Of a stretch of DNA of 64,000 bases, positions 58,573-64,000 are shown piece by piece. Made by a program: the position numbers and the translations under genes. Under the pieces are notes generated by a model. The model had not been told where the DNA came from. It ran no database searches and was given only the letters and a program-made list of their open reading frames with translations. Position 1 is the stretch's first letter, and each line of letters opens with the position of its first letter. Source of the stretch: an uncultured Caldisericales bacterium (GTDB lineage Bacteria; Caldisericota; Caldisericia; JAAYUI01); assembly GCA_964613055.1 (NCBI GenBank), contig CAZTGD010000001.1:6977-70976 (forward strand), written 5' to 3'.

Positions 58573-59757
58573 TTACTTCTCAGGTAGATAATCCCTGGGA
58601 TTCTTGTGTTCGCCATTAACTCGAACTTCAAAGTGAATGTGAGGTCCTGTACTCCAGCCTGTAGAGCCTATGTAGCCAATCACTTCCCCTCTCTTAACGC
58701 TGGCTCCCTTTGTTGTTCCAAATCTGGACATATGTCCATAGAGTGTTGCGAATGCTTTTCCAGAATCATCTACGCCGTGGTTAACGATAACACAATAACC
58801 ATAGCCACCATACCATCTGCATATCTCAACCACACCATTGGCAGAAGCGTTTATGGGAGTTCCCATTGAAGCAGGGATATCAATGCCAGTGTGCATCCTC
58901 CACTCCTTGAAGATGGGATGGTATCTCATACCGTATTCCGAACTCACCCTGCCAGGAATCGGCCATATGAATTTACCGTCTGTTCTAAGCCTTCGGTTGC
59001 GCTCCTCGATAGCTTTGAATGTAGCGTCGATTTCCCTGTCATACTTGTTGAGCTGGCTGTTGTAGTAGATTTTCTTTTCTTTGCTTTCAGTAATTTCAGC
59101 ACTGATTGTATTGAGAACAGATTTGTACTTGGATTGAAGAAGTGCTAGATCGTTTTTTTCTTTCTTGAGTTTTTCTTGAAGCTCCGAAAGTCGAATCTCC
59201 TTGTTCTCGAGGTTTATTTGATTTTGAAACTGAGATGCTGATTCCTCTCTCAGGTCATTGACAGCTATAATCACACCATCAATGAGTTTATTGATACTGG
59301 ACTTTCGAGTTACGAGTTCAGAGAATTCAGTTGATGAGAATACATAGTCTACGAAACGTTTGCCACTGATCTCTCGTACAAACTTGATCAGGTTGGTTAC
59401 CCTGCCTCGTTTTTCATCGATGTTCTCGCCTATTACAGACAGCTTCTCCCTTACGCTGGTTATGTGATGATTTGTTGTTTCTATCTCGAGTTCTGTCCTT
59501 ATAAGCTCTGCTGATACCTCAGTAATCTGCTGGTCTATATCGATTAGGTGTTTTGAGTTGTCTGAGTAGTCCTTGTTGAGAACCAACAGATTCTGTTTTT
59601 CTCTTGCAAGTGCAGAACGACTCTCACGTTGTCTACGTTTGGCGATTTCTAACTGTTGTTCGAGTGTCATGTATGCACTGATGTTTCCAGCAAACGAAAA
59701 TGAGAGAACGACGAGTACTATGATAGAAACAATCTTCTTCAATGGGATTTTTCTCAT
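58573..59757 (-). CDS. Peptidase M23 (LytM) family murein hydrolase activator with N-terminal coiled coil (EnvC-like)
   Basis: Long coiled coil, then HTGIDIPASMGTPINASANG...GHMSRF...GSTGWSTGPHIHFEV. Located directly after ftsEX. Confidence 0.8.
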   Translation of the reverse strand: MRKIPLKKIVSIIVLVVLSFSFAGNISAYMTLEQQLEIAKRRQRESRSALAREKQNLLVLNKDYSDNSKHLIDIDQQITEVSAELIRTELEIETTNHHITSVREKLSVIGENIDEKRGRVTNLIKFVREISGKRFVDYVFSSTEFSELVTRKSSINKLIDGVIIAVNDLREESASQFQNQINLENKEIRLSELQEKLKKEKNDLALLQSKYKSVLNTISAEITESKEKKIYYNSQLNKYDREIDATFKAIEERNRRLRTDGKFIWPIPGRVSSEYGMRYHPIFKEWRMHTGIDIPASMGTPINASANGVVEICRWYGGYGYCVIVNHGVDDSGKAFATLYGHMSRFGTTKGASVKRGEVIGYIGSTGWSTGPHIHFEVRVNGEHKNPRDYLPEK

Positions 59758-60638
59758 GGCTTAATCCTCCTGATATGCACAGATGATGATCGCCAGCTGG
59801 TCAGCAGTCCTGCGAGTAACCCAAAAGTCATAGTTGCTATGAGGATAAGGTTGAAGGTTGTTTCAGGCAGGGATATATTGAACCATGGTAACATTGACTG
59901 GATGAGAGTCTGAAATTTGTTCCATCCAAACCAGATTCCCACTGTTGCCAATCCTCCGCCTATCAGACCGTAAAATAAACCTTCAATTATGTACGGCATA
60001 ATGATGACGGATGGCGGAGCGCCAACGAGGCTCATTATCTCTATCTCATCCCTTCTCGAGGCGATTGACAAAATAATCGTTGAGCTGATAACGATGGTGG
60101 TTACCATCAAAGCGAGAATGGCAAGACCTAAAGCAATCCATCGAAACAGGCTGAATAGGGCTATGAATTTGTTGATCACTTCCTCTTCAAATACTGCTTT
60201 CTCAACAATAGTATACTGCTCAATAATCTCTGTTAACTCTTTTATCTGTTCAGGATTCTCTGGTGTGACAACCAGTTCCCACTGGAGAGGGTTAAAACCG
60301 ATTGAGGTTATTATCTCATCAGAGGTCAAACCTAGATAGTTCCCGAGGTCATCCATAACAACCTCAGGACTGTTTACAGTGACCGACTTTACTTCATCCA
60401 ATTCTTCAAGCATGGTTGCCAGGTTGTTGGCAGAGGTTTCATCGGCGTCTGCGGTCAGTTGTACTGGAATGGTGAATCTCTTTTTTGCAGTCTCACCGAA
60501 GGAGGTACCCGCCATACCAAGAAGCAATGTAGCGCTGACAAGGAATATGGTCACAGACATAACGACAATAGCAGACAGGGATCTGCCTGGGGTTCTGAGA
60601 ATCGACCTGAAAGCCCACCTTATCTGTCTACTCAGCAT
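59754..60638 (-). CDS. ftsX: Cell-division ABC transporter permease-like protein FtsX
   Basis: 4 TM helices. Large periplasmic loop. N-terminal LSRQIRWAFRSILRTPGRSLSAIVVMSVTIFL. Confidence 0.85.
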   Translation of the reverse strand: MLSRQIRWAFRSILRTPGRSLSAIVVMSVTIFLVSATLLLGMAGTSFGETAKKRFTIPVQLTADADETSANNLATMLEELDEVKSVTVNSPEVVMDDLGNYLGLTSDEIITSIGFNPLQWELVVTPENPEQIKELTEIIEQYTIVEKAVFEEEVINKFIALFSLFRWIALGLAILALMVTTIVISSTIILSIASRRDEIEIMSLVGAPPSVIIMPYIIEGLFYGLIGGGLATVGIWFGWNKFQTLIQSMLPWFNISLPETTFNLILIATMTFGLLAGLLTSWRSSSVHIRRIKP

Positions 60639-61299
60639 GGTTGTATCCTTCCATCTGACCGTGGTCCAGTTTCAATGCTTTTTTCATTGATTTGGTTACC
60701 AGTCTGCTGTCGTGTGTTGCAATCAAGAGTGTTGTGCCCATGTTGTTTATCTCTGATAGGATGTCCAGTATCATGTCCGAATTCGCATCATCAAGGTTGC
60801 CAGTTGGCTCGTCTGCGAGCAGTAGCTGAGGATTATTAACTAATGCTCTTGCTATGGCCACGCGTTGCTGTTCACCGCCAGAGAGCATGTTAGGATAATC
60901 TCTTGACCTGAGTGAGAGGTCTACAAATCCAAGTGCTTCACTCACCTTTTTCTTGATGTAGTTATTTTTTGCACCCTGAACCTCGAGTGCAAAAGCGATA
61001 TTCTCCCATACCGTTTTATTCTTGATTAGTTTGTAATCCTGGAAAACGATACCAAGTTTGCGGCGAAGCGATGCTACCTTGTTTGGTGAAAGTGATGCAA
61101 CGTTACTGCCGAAAAGGGACACACTCCCACTGGTTGGTTTGACGGCTCCATATATTAGTTTGAGAAGAGTGCTCTTACCAGAACCAGAATGACCCATAAT
61201 GAATTTGAAGTCACCTTTGTTGAGTGTTACAGAAACATCATTTAAAGCAACCTGACTGCCAAATCGTTTTGACACTGAGTCTATTTCAAGCATTACCAC
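60628..61299 (-). CDS. ftsE: Cell-division ATP-binding protein FtsE
   Basis: Walker A GHSGSGKSTLLKLI. ABC signature LSGGEQQRVAIARAL. Walker B LLLADEPTGNLD. Confidence 0.9.
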   Translation of the reverse strand: MVMLEIDSVSKRFGSQVALNDVSVTLNKGDFKFIMGHSGSGKSTLLKLIYGAVKPTSGSVSLFGSNVASLSPNKVASLRRKLGIVFQDYKLIKNKTVWENIAFALEVQGAKNNYIKKKVSEALGFVDLSLRSRDYPNMLSGGEQQRVAIARALVNNPQLLLADEPTGNLDDANSDMILDILSEINNMGTTLLIATHDSRLVTKSMKKALKLDHGQMEGYNHAE

Positions 61300-62189
61300 T
61301 CCTCAATTCTGGGTTTCTTGAATCCCTCTCCAATAACTTCGTTGAGAGGACCCACCATGCAAAAAACATCCGGATCGGTTTCCAAGACTATGTTCTTCGC
61401 ACTGGATATCTGAGACCTGTGGATGGCAACAATGATTACTGATTTTACTGATCCGCTGAAACCACCTTCACCTTTTATTATTGTAATGCTTCTGCCCAGT
61501 CTGGCAAGCAGGTTCTCCCTGATCTCCTCTTTCTTGTCAGTCACAATAGTCATTTTTTTGGTGTAAGAAATGCCTTCCTGTACAATATCGATTACGAATG
61601 AACTAACCACCAGTGCTATAAGCGCATAAAGTGATATGAGAGCATTTTGGAAGTAGAAACCTAACCCTATGATAACTAGAGTATCGATTAGCAATATTGC
61701 TTGACCAAAGGGGAGTCCGGTGTAGTAATGGACAACTTGAGCTATAAGGTCAGTTCCACCCGCAGATGCACGGTTTTTAAATGTGATGCCGATTCCGAGT
61801 CCATTGAGTATACCTCCATATATTGCCGCCAACATCATGCTGGATGATGGATTACTCTTATCTAGTATGTGAAATGCATCACGAAAAAGAAAAATAAAAC
61901 CATCGATGAACAGGAACGCCACAAAAGAGACAATTATTGTTCTGATGGCATACTTATAGCCCATTCTCTTCCAGGACAGAAAAACCCAAGGTACATTAAG
62001 GAGGAAGTAAGCAATACCTATACTTATTATTCCACCAGTCAAATCAGATACTATGATCGCAACAGCGGTCATCCCACCAGGGGCTATGTTGTGAGGTACA
62101 AGGAACAAGGCATAGGACATTGCCTCTATGGCAACACCGGTAGCAATGCCAATATATCTTTTTATCTCGCTAAAGATTCGTTTTTTCAT
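61293..62189 (-). CDS. YitT-family membrane protein (DUF161 + DUF2179-like C-domain)
   Basis: Five TM N-domain with GGMTAVAII motif. Cytoplasmic C-terminal domain ITIIKGEGGFSG...MVGPLNEVIGEGF. Confidence 0.7.
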   Translation of the reverse strand: MKKRIFSEIKRYIGIATGVAIEAMSYALFLVPHNIAPGGMTAVAIIVSDLTGGIISIGIAYFLLNVPWVFLSWKRMGYKYAIRTIIVSFVAFLFIDGFIFLFRDAFHILDKSNPSSSMMLAAIYGGILNGLGIGITFKNRASAGGTDLIAQVVHYYTGLPFGQAILLIDTLVIIGLGFYFQNALISLYALIALVVSSFVIDIVQEGISYTKKMTIVTDKKEEIRENLLARLGRSITIIKGEGGFSGSVKSVIIVAIHRSQISSAKNIVLETDPDVFCMVGPLNEVIGEGFKKPRIEEW

Positions 62190-62360
62190 TTCTTCACCTA
62201 CTGTTTGCTGGCATTCAGTTTAGGTGATTGCTTATGTTATTCAAGACATACAGATAACAGCAGTTAATTGATGAAACTGCCAAGAATACGATTTCTTTCA
62301 ATCCCATAGAGCATTAAACGAAAAGTAGCTGTTATCGGTTAAAAGGTGTTTTATTACCCC

Positions 62361-62388
62361 TTGACAAAATGTTTCTGTTGGCTAATAT
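62361..62388 (+). promoter_or_regulatory. Sigma-A type promoter of groESL (TTGACA -16- TAATAT)
   Basis: TTGACA at 62361-62366 and TAATAT at 62383-62388, immediately upstream of the CIRCE. Confidence 0.5.
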
Positions 62389-62399
62389 CTCAGTGTAGT

Positions 62400-62426
62400 T
62401 TAGCAGTCACATGATGAGACTGCTAA
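62400..62426 (+). promoter_or_regulatory. CIRCE operator (HrcA binding site): TTAGCAGTC-N9-GACTGCTAA
   Basis: Perfect 9-bp inverted repeat with a 9-nt spacer between the promoter and the groES RBS (AAGGAGG). Matches the CIRCE consensus TTAGCACTC-N9-GAGTGCTAA. Confidence 0.85.
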
Positions 62427-62451
62427 TAGTTTAAAAACACAAGGAGGATAT

Positions 62452-64000
<1,549 letters not shown>

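Noticed and set aside
62251-62338. Inverted repeat GATAACAGC ... GCTGTTATC separated by about 65 nt upstream of the groESL promoter
   Set aside because: Arms are short (8-9 bp) with a long AT-rich spacer. It could be chance. No associated gene or terminator context.

Overview
This window holds about 60 genes. Gene order resembles low-GC Gram-positive (Firmicutes-like) bacteria, but the organism cannot be assigned from sequence alone.

Housekeeping core:
- rpsF-ssb-rpsR-rplI operon, then mtnP-like phosphorylase and enolase.
- A co-directional run with overlapping stops and starts: tig, clpP, clpX, lon, rimO-like, thpR, recA, recX, rny, ymdB.
- An mfd operon, then tlyA, plsY, rpoZ and gmk.
- A Ca-type P-type ATPase.
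- ctpA, envC-like M23 peptidase, ftsX and ftsE.
- groES and partial groEL behind a sigma-A promoter and a perfect CIRCE operator.
- rplU followed directly by a P-loop protein and argF, with no rpmA.

RNA genes: tRNA-Leu(CAG); a five-tRNA cluster (Pro-TGG, Arg-TCT, Arg-CCT, Arg-TCG, Lys-CTT); and a tRNA-Leu(TAG)/tRNA-Gly(GCC) pair.

Accessory content of most interest:
1. An AT-rich island of roughly 5 kb (about 21.6-26.65 kb) between a MATE transporter gene and a surface-protein gene. It carries:
   - a 1095-aa MmeI-like Type IIG restriction-modification enzyme (candidate PD-ExK nuclease, DPFxGxGxF and NPPY methyltransferase motifs, MmeI-type C-terminus);
   - a co-transcribed 195-aa gene of unknown function;
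   - an upstream winged-HTH gene whose frame stays open for about 125 extra codons with no canonical start;
   - two GTATACC/GGTATAC palindromes in the enzyme's promoter region;
   - a GC-rich, hairpin-forming, in-frame insertion inside the enzyme gene, with 17-bp direct repeats and four C6/G6 tracts.
2. Two divergent paralogues of an uncharacterised secreted or membrane-anchored family flank the rpsF operon. They share a 26-aa identical block whose codons differ synonymously, so it is held by selection.
3. Four large secreted beta-propeller (PQQ-like) proteins with copper-amine-oxidase-N-like 'stalk' domains.
4. A Ser/Thr kinase-AAA-TPR (STAND-like) protein.
5. A dual-specificity phosphatase::MazG fusion translationally coupled to mfd, followed by a Cys-rich mini-protein and a methyltransferase-like gene.
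6. A 35-aa membrane peptide coupled to a sodium:solute symporter.

No rRNA, CRISPR array, transposase or integrase was seen.
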